Shown: piece after piece, positions 11,901-24,282 of the stretch
How positions within the stretch are numbered: the first letter of the stretch is position 1
Layout of the letters: the number at the start of each line of letters is the position of its first letter
Source of the DNA: Felis catus
Lineage: Eukaryota
NCBI RefSeq assembly: GCF_018350175.1
Contig: NC_058368.1
Span: forward strand, 79,486,001-79,550,000
Direction of reading: 5' to 3'
Length of the DNA stretch: 64,000 nt
The notes under the pieces: generated by a model
What the model saw: only the letters and a program-made list of their open reading frames with translations
Told to the model about the DNA's origin: nothing
Databases searched by the model: none
Made by a program: the position numbers and the translations under genes

Positions 11901-13490
11901 GGAATAAGGGAAACAGCCCCTCCTCTCCACCTCTTCCTGGCAGAGGAGAGCCTTGTTGGGCATGTGCTTTCCTAATTTCTTCGGGAAGTGCAACACTTTT
12001 ACGTAGTAAAACGGCTGGTGAGAACATGTCCTCACACAGAAAGGGCCCCAGGAACGTTTCCTGAGTGAGCTAACTACCTCCCCCCCCCCACCGCCCCTCC
12101 GGGCTTGTTGCCCTCTGTGACCTAGGACAGCACCTGCTGCTGCCTAGGGGCCTTCCGGGGTGCTGTCACAGCCCCCCTGGACTGCTGCGGAATCAAAGCA
12201 GATGGGAGGGGTCCAGACCTGCACCTCCATTTCTGAGGGGCAGACAGGCCCCTGCGGGTTCCGAGATGCTGTTCCTCGGGGCTCAGGGAACAGTACTGGC
12301 TTCTCCACTGGGTCCATGTGTCCAAGCTGTGCTGCCCCTATCGGAAAGTTCGAAAGGGCTCCCTCCCAAGGACAGATCTTCAACGGATGTTCTACTTGTG
12401 CTCGATGCCGTCCTTCCTCGAAGCTCGGTAAAGGTCCACGGACCAGACGCCCCCACCTCAGCCCACCTGCTCGGCCCTGCTGGGGGGTCAGGGAGGCTGC
12501 CAACACTCCTACGTCTAGGATTTGTTGAAGGATTGGATAATAGTGGCTTGGCTGGCCTTTCCTCCCTCCTTCCCTCTCCAGGGGATACCAGGGTCTGGGG
12601 TGGGTGCAAGCCCCAATTGTATCTGTCTGGCAGCTGCTGGAATCTCCGGGATGGGCCAGACTCAGCTTCTTCTGACCCTCCCCAAGCCAGTTATCTATCC
12701 CAAATAAACCCAGAAATCAAGGGGGGAGTTCACATCCGAAACTGTGCCAGAGAGAGCCTCTGCAAGGCCATCCGAGGCCAAACGCTAGTTGGCTGTTTCT
12801 TCACTGGGTCAGCAGCGTCTCCATGCAGCCCAAACCCGGGCCCGTAAGGGGACGGGTTTTCCTTTATGCTGTTCGGGTAGGTTGCTGTCTACCTCGCAGA
12901 CCTCCACTCTCCTCCCCGGTTCCCTGCTTTGGGCTGCGTCAGGAGGCCTGGGGAGCCAGCTGGGGCATCACTCTGTGGGCGGAAGGTGGACACTTTGCTC
13001 CTGCGCAAACCCCCTGAGAGCCCTCACCTTGCAGTCCGTGGTGACGCGTCCTCCAACTGACGGGTGACGGGACCTCTGCCAGCTGCGACTGACACAGTGG
13101 CTCTGACGTGCCTGCCTCTTCTTACCCGACACAACCCTCTCCGTGCTCACCCCCTTCGATGATGTGCTGTGATCATCTCCCGCAGGGAGGATGCCCTGAG
13201 TAGGTCCCGTTGAGCCCCGTGCCCAAGTGAGAACCCCTTGCCCTCACATGGGCAGGCACCCATCGCAAAGGCACGGTCAAAACCATTTTCAAGCCAACGG
13301 AACAGACAGAACGGGGCAGGATGAGACACAGCAGGGTAGCACGGAGTATTGAGTAAGTAGATGAATCACCAAAGAAACACAGGAGCACTGGTGGGCGAGT
13401 CCCAGGCATTACTGACTTAGGATTTAGTACGTTAAAAAACGGTACGTTGCATCTGTATGCTTAAACCAGTTCTCCTTATTATAAAAATGA

Positions 13491-13710
13491 GGGGCGCCTG
13501 GGTGGTGCAGTCAGTTAAGCGTCCGACTTCAGCCAGGTCACAATCTCGCGGTCCGTGAGTTCGAGCCCCGCGTCGGGCTCTGGGCTGATGGCTCAGAGCC
13601 TGGAGCCTGTTTCTGATTCTGTGTCTCCCTCTCTCTCTGCCCCTCCCCTGTTCATGCTCTGTCTCTCTCTGTCCCAAAAATAAATAAACGTTGAAAGAAA
13701 AAATTAAAAA
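13491..13710 (+). mobile_element. Can-SINE, young felid subfamily
   Basis: Diagnostic TTCAGCCAGG / CTGGGCTGATGG / TGTCCCAAAAA. TSD AAAAATGA at 13483-13490 and 13711-13718. Confidence 0.95.
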
Positions 13711-13714
13711 AAAA

Positions 13715-14315
13715 ATGAACAAACACACTGTGGTATACCGTATGCTAGAATATTACCCAACTGTTAAAAACAAAGAGTGAAGTCTAGATACGTACTACAA
13801 CATGGAGGAACCCGGGGAAAAGAAGCCAGACGCAAGGGCCACATAGCGTATAGTGCCATTTACTTGAAGTAACCCAGAAGACCCAAATTAATAGAAACAG
13901 AACGCAGATGAGTGCCAAGGGCTGGGGGTACGAAGGAACAGGGAGGTGAGCCAAATGGCCCTCTTTTTTAGGATGATGTAAATATCCTGGAATTAGATAC
14001 TGGTGATGGACGCACAACTTTGTGATCATACTAAAAACAATGGGCTTGGGGGCACTTGGGCGGCTCAGTCGGTTAAACGTCCGACTCTTGGTTTGGGCTC
14101 AGGTCATGATCTGGCGGTTTTGTGGATTTCGGCCCCCCGTCCTGTTCTGTGCTGGCAGCACAGAGCTTGCTTGGGATTCTCCGTCTCCCTCTCTCTTGCC
14201 CCTCCCCGCCGGCGCTGCCTCTGTCTCTCTCAAAATAAATAAATAAACTTCAAAACAAAACAACGGACTTGCACAATTTAAAAGGGTGGATATTATGATA
14301 TCTGAATTATGTATC
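13715..14315 (+). mobile_element. L1MB-like LINE-1 3' end, interrupted by a SINE
   Basis: L1M 3' motifs: TGTGGTATA, CTACAACATGGA, GAAGCCAGAC, GATGTAAAT.TCCTGGAATTAGAT, TTTAAAAGGGTG. Confidence 0.75.
14048..14256 (+). mobile_element. Can-SINE, older subfamily
   Basis: GACTCTTGGTTT insert and GCTTGGGATTCTC. Degenerate TSD AAAACAATGGGCTT / AAAACAACGGACTT. Confidence 0.92.
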
Positions 14316-16156
14316 GAAAGAGATCAACTAAAAAATGAGAACCAATGGCAGGTGGAAACAGAAATGACTCCCCCTGTGCATCACACCTTCGCACAAGGCT
14401 GAAACACCACACCACGTTTGTGCAATAATCCTTTTCGGGGCAAAGGTCCCAGATTTGGACAAGTACCTTGTGTCACAATAAAACTTTCTAGAGGACCTAG
14501 TTTGCTCAGCGTCCTGGCCAACACACATGTCCCTTTTGAGTTTCAGTTTTCATGAACCTGCAGAGGAGTGAAGAGGCATCTGGAAGGAACGGCCAACTTG
14601 GGCAAGACCTTAGCCTACTTGAATAACTTTGGCTTGGAAACCAAGCACATTCGTCTGTTTCATTACAAGTCCCAAACTCAATGAAATGAGTCTGCAGTTA
14701 ACTAGTGTCTGGGGATTGGGGATTTTCACCCACTTTGCCGTGTACAGGAGAGGGCTTCCTTGCCAGGTTGAGCTGGATTTGTAGGCAAGCTGATTTCCCA
14801 ACCCAGGTAGGCTAAGCCTGTCTTCCATTCTGCACATTCCCCACACCCCCCCTGGCTCGGATCCCCAGTTTCCACATCAGCAAACGTTGAGCAAGAAATT
14901 CTATTTCTTAATTGCTTAGACTCCAAGGACAGACATACAGGGGAAATGGCGTGGCATCCCTCTAACCACAGATCTTGAAGACGTGAAGTGGACCGAAAGG
15001 AGACGAGACCCCATTCTCCCCGGTCCTCCGACATTTCAGGGGACCCCACTCTACAGTGGCAGAAACAAAAACACCGTAGCTAGGGCCACAGTGCCGTGTT
15101 AGAACTCAGTCAGACCCCTGGTTTCGTGTTATTCACACAAGCGTCTGCTGTCCTCACCCCGTGATCCTCTTCTCTTCAGGCCTGTGTCTCTCCTCCTCAC
15201 CTGTCCCTACTGACTGTGCTCACCCAGCACGTTGCCCCATTCGCTCCCAACGTGCCTCTCAGAGGAGCTGATTGTCAACACTCAGACCCCAGAGGAAACA
15301 AAGGAATTCCCCCCACCCCCATCCTGTTGACCAAAACCACAGAAGTTACTCGCGTGACAACCCCTGAGAGAAACGACAAGAACAGTGTGGACTGGTGGAG
15401 GGTTCCGCTCGCTCCTTGTTTGGTTGGTTGGCCAGTCTGTATCTCGGTCGTCTCTGAGGGTCCATTCCTCCCCCTCCCCGAAGTTCAAGGACCTAGAAAA
15501 ACCACCTGCCAGACAGTAGAAATGTAACACGTGCGTGCCAAAGAAACGAGTGAAGGTTGACAGCATTTTAAAGCTTAAATCTGAGACTTCCCTAAAATTA
15601 AATTGTAGGCCCCCAAGCTTCTTAAGTGCCAAGAACTGTGGCCTCTTCTGATGCCCGTGATCCCCCCACGACAGTGTCCCCGTGGCAGGGAGTCGGGAGA
15701 TCTGGGCTTGTAGCCTCGTCTGCCAGGAATAGGCAGCTTGTCCCAGCAGGGGATGCCGTCTCTAAAGCCGAGATTGTTGGGCATTAAGGGAAGGGATCAG
15801 ACAAGGGGAGGCAGAACAGACAAGGGGTTTAAGAGGGGGTGTGCAAAGGTGGGCAGAAAACAAGGGACAGTGGGGTGAGCTCTTCCCGAGGGAGGGGTGT
15901 GTACTCCCCATGCTCCGAGGACATGGTCTCCTTGTGAGCCTGGCTTCCCCAGCCCAGCTTGGGCCCCTCCCATCACAGGTGTCCCCCACCTCCCCACCCC
16001 CACCAGGCACGTAGCAGGCAGCCTGTGGCCAGCAACCTCTCAAGTGAACTGAACTTCCAAGACCATCTGAAAAGAGCAGAGTCTGAGTCAGCCCCTTTAG
16101 TGTCACTGGTTTCCTGTTCAAAATCACATCTTACTTGGTAAAAGGACTTCAGGACC

Positions 16157-16350
16157 GGGGGCGCCTGGGTGGCTCAGTCCGTTAAACATGTGCCTCTTGA
16201 TGTCGGCTCGGGTCATGATCTCACAGCTTATGAGTTCGAGCCCCGCATCGGGCTGTGCGCTGACAGCGTGGAGACTGCTTGGCATCCTGTCTCTCCTTCT
16301 TTCTGCCCCTCTCCCCCAAAAACAAATAAATAAACTTTAAAAACATTTTT
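16157..16350 (+). mobile_element. Can-SINE, older subfamily
   Basis: SINEC head with CTCTTGAT insert, B-box and tail. Confidence 0.9.
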
Positions 16351-16607
16351 AAAAAGTGTTTCAGGATCGTGTGCCAGGGAAGCCATGGCCCCTGCCATTC
16401 CAGCATAAATGGAATTAACAAAAATCCCCGTGTATATAATCCAGCTATGGTTCTCTACTGGGGCGTCTCAGAAATCCCCAGATTATTTCCAGAAAGCTCA
16501 CGATGCCATGGTAAAGACTATTGGCAATCCAAGTCCACGGATCCCGATTACAAATTTAAAAGTAAAGAAGAAGGGAATGCTACGTGATATTAAAACAGCA
16601 AGACTAC

Positions 16608-16818
16608 GGGGTGCCTGGGTGGCTCAGTCGGTTGAGCGTCCGACTTCAGCTCAGGTCATGACCTGGTGGTCTGCAAGTTCGAGCCCCACGTCGGGCTCTG
16701 TGCTGACAGCTCAGAGCCTGGAGCCTGCTTCGTATTCTGTGTCTCCCTCTCTCTCTGCCCCTCCCCCCGCTCTCTCTCTGTCTCTCAAAAATGAATAAAC
16801 ATTTAAAAAATAAAATAA
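16608..16818 (+). mobile_element. Can-SINE
   Basis: Full length. Outer TSD core ACAGCAAGAC at 16595-16604 and 17050-17059. Confidence 0.93.
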
Positions 16819-17045
16819 GGGGCGCCTGGGTGGCACAGTCGGTTAAGCGTCCGACTTCAGCCAGGTCACGATCTCGCGGTCCGGGAGTTCGAGCCCCGCG
16901 TCAGGCTCTGGGCTGATGGCTCAGAGCCTGGAGCCTGTTTCCGATTCTGTGTCTCCCTCTCTCTCTGCCCCTCCCCCGTTCATGCTCTGTCTCTCTCTGT
17001 CCCAAAAATAAATAAACATTGAAAAAAAATTTTTTAAATAAAATA
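16819..17045 (+). mobile_element. Can-SINE, young subfamily, inserted in the tail of the preceding SINE
   Basis: Carries young diagnostics and lies inside the outer element's TSD pair. Confidence 0.94.
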
Positions 17046-18080
17046 AAATACAGCAAGACCGCAAGCACACCAGGGAAACAGACTTGACTCACAGTGGGAA
17101 TAATAACTTCAAATATTTTTGTAAAATTATAAGCAAAATGAGTTCACTTTATTTTATTCTCTGTACTTTGCCCAGTGATCTGGTTTGCGAGACTGAAGGC
17201 CGGGCAACGATGATCACAAATGTGTTTATGCCACGTACAGGTGCAGCTCCCTCCCGGCATCACGCTGCTCCCCTCCCCCCCCCCCCCCCCAGCGAGGTGG
17301 CCGCTGTGATCTCCCCCCTTCTACAGGCGAGGAAAGCTGTGTGCAGAGCCAGCAAGGGTCAGGCGTTCTGGTTCAAGTCAACCGCTGCCCCAGTAAACCC
17401 AGCACAGCTGTCAGACATGGCAAGTTAGGGAGAAAGTTTTTTCTTACACACTCCAGCATATTGAGCCTTTAATGCCTCAGGCAGAGTAAACGCCAAAGCT
17501 AACCTCCATCACTGCCGTGCCCACGGACACGGGCTCGCCTCTCGAACATCAGCTTTGCCATTTACGAGCTGGGTGACCTCGACCGAGTCCTTGGCCTCTC
17601 TGACCCGTCGTGTTCTCTGCGACAGAGGGCTGATGTAGGCTGATGGAGAGCTGTGAACATTAATGAATTGGTACTTGCTGCGTGCTTCAGAGAGTGTCTG
17701 GCTTATGATAAAGGGCCCTAAAGGTGTTTGTCAATTAACCGTAAATTCTTGTGGCAATTTTGGGCTGGAGAAAGGACGAGCCTGGGAAAGCAGCAAGCTG
17801 AGAAGAGGCGGATTGCATAGGTCTGCCTGCCCAGAGCGCGTGGGGCACAATCTTACCGGATCTGGAAGGAGAGGTCTGGAACCGGAAGTTCAGGCTCGAA
17901 GCCAAGGTTTGGAGGGGGAGTATCGTGACTTGAGGTGCCTTCAGGAAGCCAGCCTGGCAGAGGAGCAGTGAAGACACACACACCTGAAGGCAGATAAGAT
18001 TTCTGGGTGGACAGTTCCATCCCTCTGAGGATCCAGGAGGCCCAAGGAGGCAGTGACAGTGACCAGCCCCAGGTGACATG

Positions 18081-18360
18081 GAGGGAGAGAAGGGAGAGAC
18101 AGGGCTCAGCATGGGGGAAGGAGAGAAGGGAGGAATAGGGCTCAGCACAGGGTCGGGGAGGGAGAGTAGGGAGGAACAGGGCTCAGCACGTGGGAAGGAG
18201 AGAAGGGAGGAACAGGGCTCAGCACAGGGTCAGGAGGGAGAGAAGGGAGGAACAGGGCTCAGCACAGGGTCAGGAGGGAGAGAAGGGAGGAACAGGGCTC
18301 AGCACAGGGTCAGGAGGGAGAGAAGGGAGGAACAGGGCTCAGTACAGGGTCAGGGAGGGT
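18081..18360. repeat. 40-bp purine-rich minisatellite, about 7 copies
   Basis: Unit AGAAGGGAGGAACAGGGCTCAGCACAGGGTCAGGAGGGAG is exact at 18201-18240, 18241-18280 and 18281-18320, with degenerate flanking copies. Confidence 0.95.
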
Positions 18361-18921
18361 CAGAGCGAAGAGGCTTCTAGGAGGGCTCAGATTCCAAACC
18401 AGGCAGGGGGCATAACTGGGAAAGTGGGGAGCTCATCATCATTGGAAAGCAGGATCAGACTCATGTTTTGAGCGGTTCATGTCACGGGAAAGAGCCCATG
18501 TTCAGGTGGAGGCGGACGCGTTGCCCTTGAAAGAGCGGGTTAGATTCAGCAGTCAGAGATATCAAACCAGAAGGAAATGAAGGATGAGACCTTAAGAATG
18601 GATGTGATGTCCAGGAGGGAAAGAGTGAGGGACAAGGGTCACGGGGGGAGCCCAGGAGGACAACTACAGCTGAGGGCCAGGATGGGGGGGATCACTGGAA
18701 CCAAGAAGAACCCCGGTGAGCTCAGGTTATCAGGAACTGCCGGGTCAGGGGACTTCCAGAAGGTCGGAGTTGTACCCGGGTCAGTGCTGCAGGACAGCAG
18801 GACGAAGGACAGGCCTTCAGATCAGGCAGCCGAGTGGTCCTCAGTGACGCTGACGCTCAGGAGAACAACGCGGGTGAGTGGACGTCAAGAAGCAGAATGT
18901 GGGTCTGTGGTTCTGAACTGC

Positions 18922-19025
18922 CCTGGTCCTCAAAGTGTGTTCCACAGACCAGAGCATCAGCTGGGAAACTGTTGGAACACAGGTGATCAGGCCCCGTCCC
19001 AGACCCGCTGAGTCAGCATCTCAGC
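18922..19025 (+). mobile_element. MER5A-like hAT-Charlie MITE fragment
   Basis: TGGTCCTCAAAGTGTGTTCC..GACCAG.GCATCAGC...GGCCCC..CCCAGACC..CTGAGTCAG matches the recalled MER5A consensus. Confidence 0.7.
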
Positions 19026-19150
19026 GCTGGATAACTCGTGTGTGTATAAGTGTGTGCGTGTGGTGTGGGTGTACGTGTGTGCATGTGGGTGTGAGAGTGG
19101 GTGTGAGATGGGGGAGGGGGAATCTTTTTGTTTGCAAAAAAAATCTTTGA

Positions 19151-19360
19151 GGGGCACCTGGGTGGCTCACTCGGTTGAGCATCTAACTTCGGCTCAGATC
19201 ATGACCTCGTGGTCTATGAGTTCGAGCCCCGCATCAGGCTCTGTGCTGATGGCTCGGAGCCTGGAGCCTGTTTCAGATTCTGTGTCTCCCTCTCTCTCTG
19301 CCCCTCCCCCGTTCATGCTCTGTCTCTCTCTGTCTCAAAAATAAATAAACATTAAAAAAT
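19151..19360 (+). mobile_element. Can-SINE
   Basis: Full length. Confidence 0.93.
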
Positions 19361-19368
19361 ACTAGTGA

Positions 19369-19585
19369 GGGGTGTCTGGGTGGCTCAGTCGGTTGAGCGT
19401 CCAACTTTGGCTCAGGTCACGATCTCGCGGTCTGTGACTTCGAGCCCCGCGTCGGGCTCTGTGCTGACAGATGGGAGCCTGGAGCCTGCTTCAGATTCTG
19501 TGTCTCCCTCTGTCCCTGCCCCTCCCCACTTCCGCTCTGTCTGTCACTCTGTCTCAAAAATAAATAAACATTAAAAAAATTAAAA
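19369..19585 (+). mobile_element. Can-SINE (tandem with the previous one)
   Basis: Full length. The pair is bracketed by TCTTTGA at 19144-19150 and 19587-19593. Confidence 0.93.
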
Positions 19586-19744
19586 CTCTTTGAGAGAACA
19601 TATAACAGAAAGCTACCACAAACTCAGTAGTGAATGAATGGTGTTCACAGTCTGTTGGTCCTGAGACTAACTATAGATATTTGCAAAATAGTCTCTTTGT
19701 GCGCTGTCCAGAGGGGCGCAAGCAAAACGGGCAATCTGAGCATT

Positions 19745-19898
19745 CTCGGTAGATTGCGTCCACGCTGACATTCTGGTTGATACTGTGCTACGGGTTTGCA
19801 AAACGTCACCACTGCAGGAATCGAGGTAGAGGGTCCGCAGGGTCTCTCCGTGTTACTTCATACAATTGCGTGGAATCTATAATTGTCTGCATAAAAGT
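19745..19898 (+). mobile_element. L1MC/ME-like 3' terminal fragment
   Basis: TTTGCAAAACGTCACCA...TCTCTCCGTGTTA...ACAATTGCGTGGAATCTATAATT...ATAAAAGT. Confidence 0.6.
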
Positions 19899-20404
19899 GG
19901 CAATGAGAAATAGTGATCTGGAGAGTCGTGGCTTTCCATATTTTTTAATTTATTTGTTTTGAAAATCAAATTTTTATACTTTTAACTACAGAGCTGTGGC
20001 CGTATCCAATGCAATGAATATAAATGCCGTTTCCTAACACATTAATTAGTCACCACAAAGACAAGCAGTTAGAAGGATAAGTCAAAGGGAAAATTAGTGA
20101 AATTAAAATAGCAAAACAACATCCAGATGGATGAGCTAATGAATGAGAAAGATGACTTTAAAAAAGGAGAATCCATCCAGACACATATATTAGATTAATG
20201 TTAGGTACTTGGATCCTTGCTTGAAAATTAAGATTGGTTCACAGCCCTTTATTTTCAGTGTTATAATAAAAACCCTACTACATTATTCAATTAATTTCTT
20301 TACCATCTCTAGGAGAGCTGTAATGTAGAGCTAAAAATACAGTTAAATTGTGTTCAAAATCTACACAAGTTTATTGATTAATTACATCACAAATAGAAAT
20401 TCTT

Positions 20405-20585
20405 GGGGCACCTGTGTGGTTCAGTCGGTTGACCGACCAACTCTTGATTTGGGTTCAGATCATGTGATCCGAGGGTCATGGGATCAAGCCCTGAAGTGGG
20501 TTCCATGCTGAGTGTGGAGGCTGTTTGGGGTTCTCTCTCTCCCTCTGCCCCTTTCCCCTGTCCTCTCTCCGTAAAAATAAAATAA
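20405..20585 (+). mobile_element. Can-SINE, older subfamily
   Basis: CTCTTGATTT insert. Outer TSD AAATAGAAATT at 20391-20401 and 20807-20817. Confidence 0.9.
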
Positions 20586-20588
20586 TCT

Positions 20589-20800
20589 GAGGTGCCTGGG
20601 TGGCTCAGTAGGTTAAGCATCTAACTTCGGCTCAGGTCATGATCTCGCAGTTCGTGAGTTCGAGCCTCGCATCAGGCTCTGTGCTGAGAGCTCAGAGCCT
20701 GGAGCCTGCTTCGGATTCTGTGTCTCCCTCTCTCTCTACCCCTCCCTGCTCTCTCTCTCAAAAATAAATAAACATTAAAAATTTTTAAATTAAATAAATC
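20589..20800 (+). mobile_element. Can-SINE nested in the tail of the preceding SINE
   Basis: Full length and inside the outer TSD pair. Confidence 0.92.
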
Positions 20801-20909
20801 TTTCAAAAATAGAAATTATCATTCCCCTGAACAATTGTAACATTACATGCAAACTTGGTTAACTTGTCTCTCTCTGAATTGTCAGACTGTCTTTACATTG
20901 TCCTAATAA

Positions 20910-21197
20910 GGGTCACCCTGACCACCCTTTATAAAACTGCAGACTCTCAACCCCCCGGGTACATTCCCTGCCCCCACACCTACCTTTACTTCTGTGTTAT
21001 TTCTACCACAGTTACCATATCCTAACATATTATATTGTAACACACTTATTGTATCTTTAGTTTATTATCTGCCTTCTCCCTTCCAGAAAAGAAGCTTTAA
21101 TGAGAACAGGGATTTCTGGGGAATGGGAAGGGTGTATATTGATGTAACTGGAACACAGTGAGGGCACAGTAAATATTTGTTTATTGAATGAATGAAT
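20910..21197 (+). mobile_element. L2 LINE 3' end
   Basis: CCCTGACCACCC.TATAAAA..., AAGCT...TGAGAACAGGGATT, ending AAATATTTGT...TGAATGAATGAAT. Confidence 0.7.
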
Positions 21198-21797
21198 TAT
21201 AAGCATCCAATGGTGCAATTTTCACTCCAAACTTTTGGGGTGGAGGCTGAAAAGAGAAAGAAAAGTCTGTTCTTGTGGGCATTGCTGCATGGACATAGAC
21301 ACGTGGCGAGCCCCCGAACCGAGGCAAGGACAGTGGGGTCACCTTCCGTCCTGCAGCAGTATACTGATTAGCGACTGTGGGCAGAATATTGTGATGCATG
21401 CAAGAAGGGGTTAAAATGTGGCCAAGAGATGGCCACGTCCTTAGTAGTGTCCAGTCTCACAGGGGTGCAAAATCACATCTGCCAGTAATGACCCAGCCGA
21501 CCAGGAACTGGCCACTGCCAGACAACGTATGGAGGTTATACTTCCATAATTCTCCACCCAAGAGGGGAGCCCTGTGGACGGGGCCTGGGACTTCAGCACC
21601 GGAATGGGGCTTTCTGCGGGAGACGCCGCTGTGGTTGCGGGGCTGGGACGGGAGCTGTGCTTGCCTCGTGAGGCAGGGCTGCGGAGAGAAGGGCAGAGGT
21701 GCTGTGGGCCCAGATAATGAGCATTTGGAGGCCAAGTAGAGACTCATGAAGAGCCGAGATGGTGAGCAGGTAGCTAGAAAATATGGAGGTCTAGGGA

Positions 21798-22006
21798 GGG
21801 GTACCTGGGTGGCTCAGTCGGTTAAGCGCCCAACTTTGGCTCAGGTCATGATCTCGAAGTTCGTGAGTTCAAGCCCCATGTCAGGCTCTGTGCTGACAGC
21901 TCAGAGCCTGGAACCTTCTTCGGATTCCGTGTCTCCTTCTCTCTCTGCCCCTCCCCCACTCACACTCTGTTTCTCTCCTTCAAAAATAAATAAGCATTTA
22001 AAAAAA
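21798..22006 (+). mobile_element. Can-SINE
   Basis: Full length. Confidence 0.93.
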
Positions 22007-23976
22007 TCTTTTTTAATGGAGCTACAAAATCACAGAAATGCCTCTAATTTGAAAAGCATGTCCAAACTGCTTCTTTACAATAAACCCATACGGAACATAG
22101 GAAGCAGGCTCATATTGTAACAACGTATCTTTGTTTGGGGCTTTCTTGGGGGAAGAGCCTTTTCCGTAATCCTACGTCTTGATCATCTTCCGCTGAAGGA
22201 AACACGCACCGTGTACTAATTATGTTGGTTATTCTTCACAGAATTCCAGGGCTGATGGCTTATTAGTCTTATTTTTCAGGTGATGAAAATGAAGTCCAGG
22301 GGGGTTAAAGAGCGTCTAAGGTCACACAGCTTGTGATGTGTGATTCCAACTTCTAAGCTTTTTCCAGAACCCTCCTAGAGCTTGCGCACACAGACAAGTA
22401 CGTGCACACGCGCACACGCACACACAGGCACTGCCTGGAAAGTTCTGAATACCAAGTAGTTTTTTTTCACTGTTCTTTTTTTTTTTTTCTTTTTCCTTTC
22501 CAAAAAGTTACTTTTTCTCCCCAAAGCAGGGATTTCAAGCACAGGGTTCTACAGGATTTAAAAGGGTATCTTTAGAACTGAGCCTGACTCATACACTTCC
22601 AATTTCCTACAAGAATACGTATGAAAACACAGAAAAAGATAAAAACGCAGCACAGAATACAGGACTGCCCGCCAGCCCGCTGCCAGAGCCCAGGAGCCAC
22701 GCCAGCTAAGGAGGAGGACAGTGGCACGTTGAGTAACAGCGGCAGCCAGCGGACTGTGCCTCGGAACCGGAACACGGGCAGCCGGACAAAGGGGAGGCCC
22801 CGTGCCGGCACCTGGGGCTCTGGGCCCTCACACCAGCCCCTCGCGTCTTAGGGGACTCGGTCTTCCGTCCCTCTACAGCACAGCAGCTGAGTTTTGAGGA
22901 AACTGAATGCAAAATAGTGCAGGATCGACTGATGGTGAAGCAAAACGTGTCCTAAGCCCACGGAGAACTTGCCGGATGTCTCCCCTCCCCCACGCGTGAG
23001 CATCCTTTCTTTGCCCTAGGCAGTCCTCACCTGGGTCTCTAGAAAGGCCTCTCTGCTCCCGCCTTGCCTCGCCCCACAGTCAAGGCTCTTTAGAAACGCC
23101 AGTTGGAGCATCCCCTCTGGGTGACTCTCCCCAGGCAGGCGATCCCTACGAAGCGCCCCCACTCACCTCGGTGACCTCCCTGCCCTCCAGTGTGCACCTG
23201 GTCAGTCTTGCCCTCTGAAACTCTCCTGCCAGGATCTTCCTGAAGTCCTTGGACCTGTTCTCAGCCTCTGTTCCTCCCTGGGCTGCCTTCTGTTTCTCCC
23301 CAGAACATTCCCACCCTGTCCCTCCTCCTTCGTCTGACCCATTCTTTTTCATCCTTGGACACAGCTCACGGAACGCGTCCCCCCCCCCCCCCCCCAGCCA
23401 GAATCGGGAGCCCTCTCTGGCACTGCACACCCTGAGGACATCCGTGAGGCTGCCTCACAGGCACGGCTGTGCTGTGATCTGCTCCTCTTGGGCCCGGCTC
23501 TGTCACCTCCTGGAGGGAGCCTCGGTCGCTCATGCAAAGCCTTTCACTCAGCCCTCTCGCGCAGCAGGCATTCACCGGGTCGGGCGTGCAGCATGAAGAC
23601 ACAGGTTCCGGAATTTTGGTGCCTAATAAATCAGCAGCCTTGTTTCTGAGAATGATGGGGGCGCCACGTCGTAGGTAGCTTTTCTACTCCCCCACAGCCA
23701 ACCTAGTTTCTGACATAAAGGGCATCCCCGATAAATCTGTTGCATGGGTCATGACTGTGGTCACGGGGGCCCCCTGTAGAAGCACAAGAGGCAGGTGGGG
23801 AGAAAACAGGGGGAGGCTGGCAGGAAAGGTCAGTACTGGGGGTGCACAGAAGGCTGGCTCTAGTCTGTCTTACACAGTGGTGAAGAGACGGCAGAGACAC
23901 AAGGGACGTCATCTCCCCTCTTGATGACCAGCCGATGAAGATAAAGGCCAGCCTGAGAGTTTCCGTGAAGTTTCCG

Positions 23977-24282
23977 TCTATCTTAGTCAGCCCGGGCTGC
24001 GCTAACAAAACACCACTGGGCGCGGGGTCTGCAGCTGGGCCGTGTTCCTCGGGTCCAGGGGCTGGAGGCTGGGGACCAGGGCGCCCCAGGGGCGGTTCTG
24101 AGAGGAAACTCTTCCCTTCTCCTCGCTGCCTCCTCGCTGGCCGAGCAGAGCACCACGTGTCCTCCTCGTCACCTAATCCGACCCTCGTGGGCTCCCAAAG
24201 TCCCCCCTCCCGATACCACCACACCTGAGGGTTAGGGCTTCGACAGATCGGTTTGGGGGACACAAACACTGAGTCCATGACA
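23977..24282 (-). mobile_element. ERVL-MaLR solo LTR (MLT1A-like)
   Basis: TCTTAGTC..CCGGGCTGC..TAACAAAACACCA at one end and GGGGGACACAAACA.T.AGTCCATGACA at the other. Confidence 0.75.

Noticed and set aside
18081..18360. Regularly spaced repeats suggesting a CRISPR array
   Set aside because: The units are contiguous with no unique spacers, there are no cas genes, and the DNA is eukaryotic.
19700..19720. Possible CTCF motif GTCCAGAGGGGCGC
   Set aside because: It needs a 1-bp gap to fit the core, so it is a poor match.
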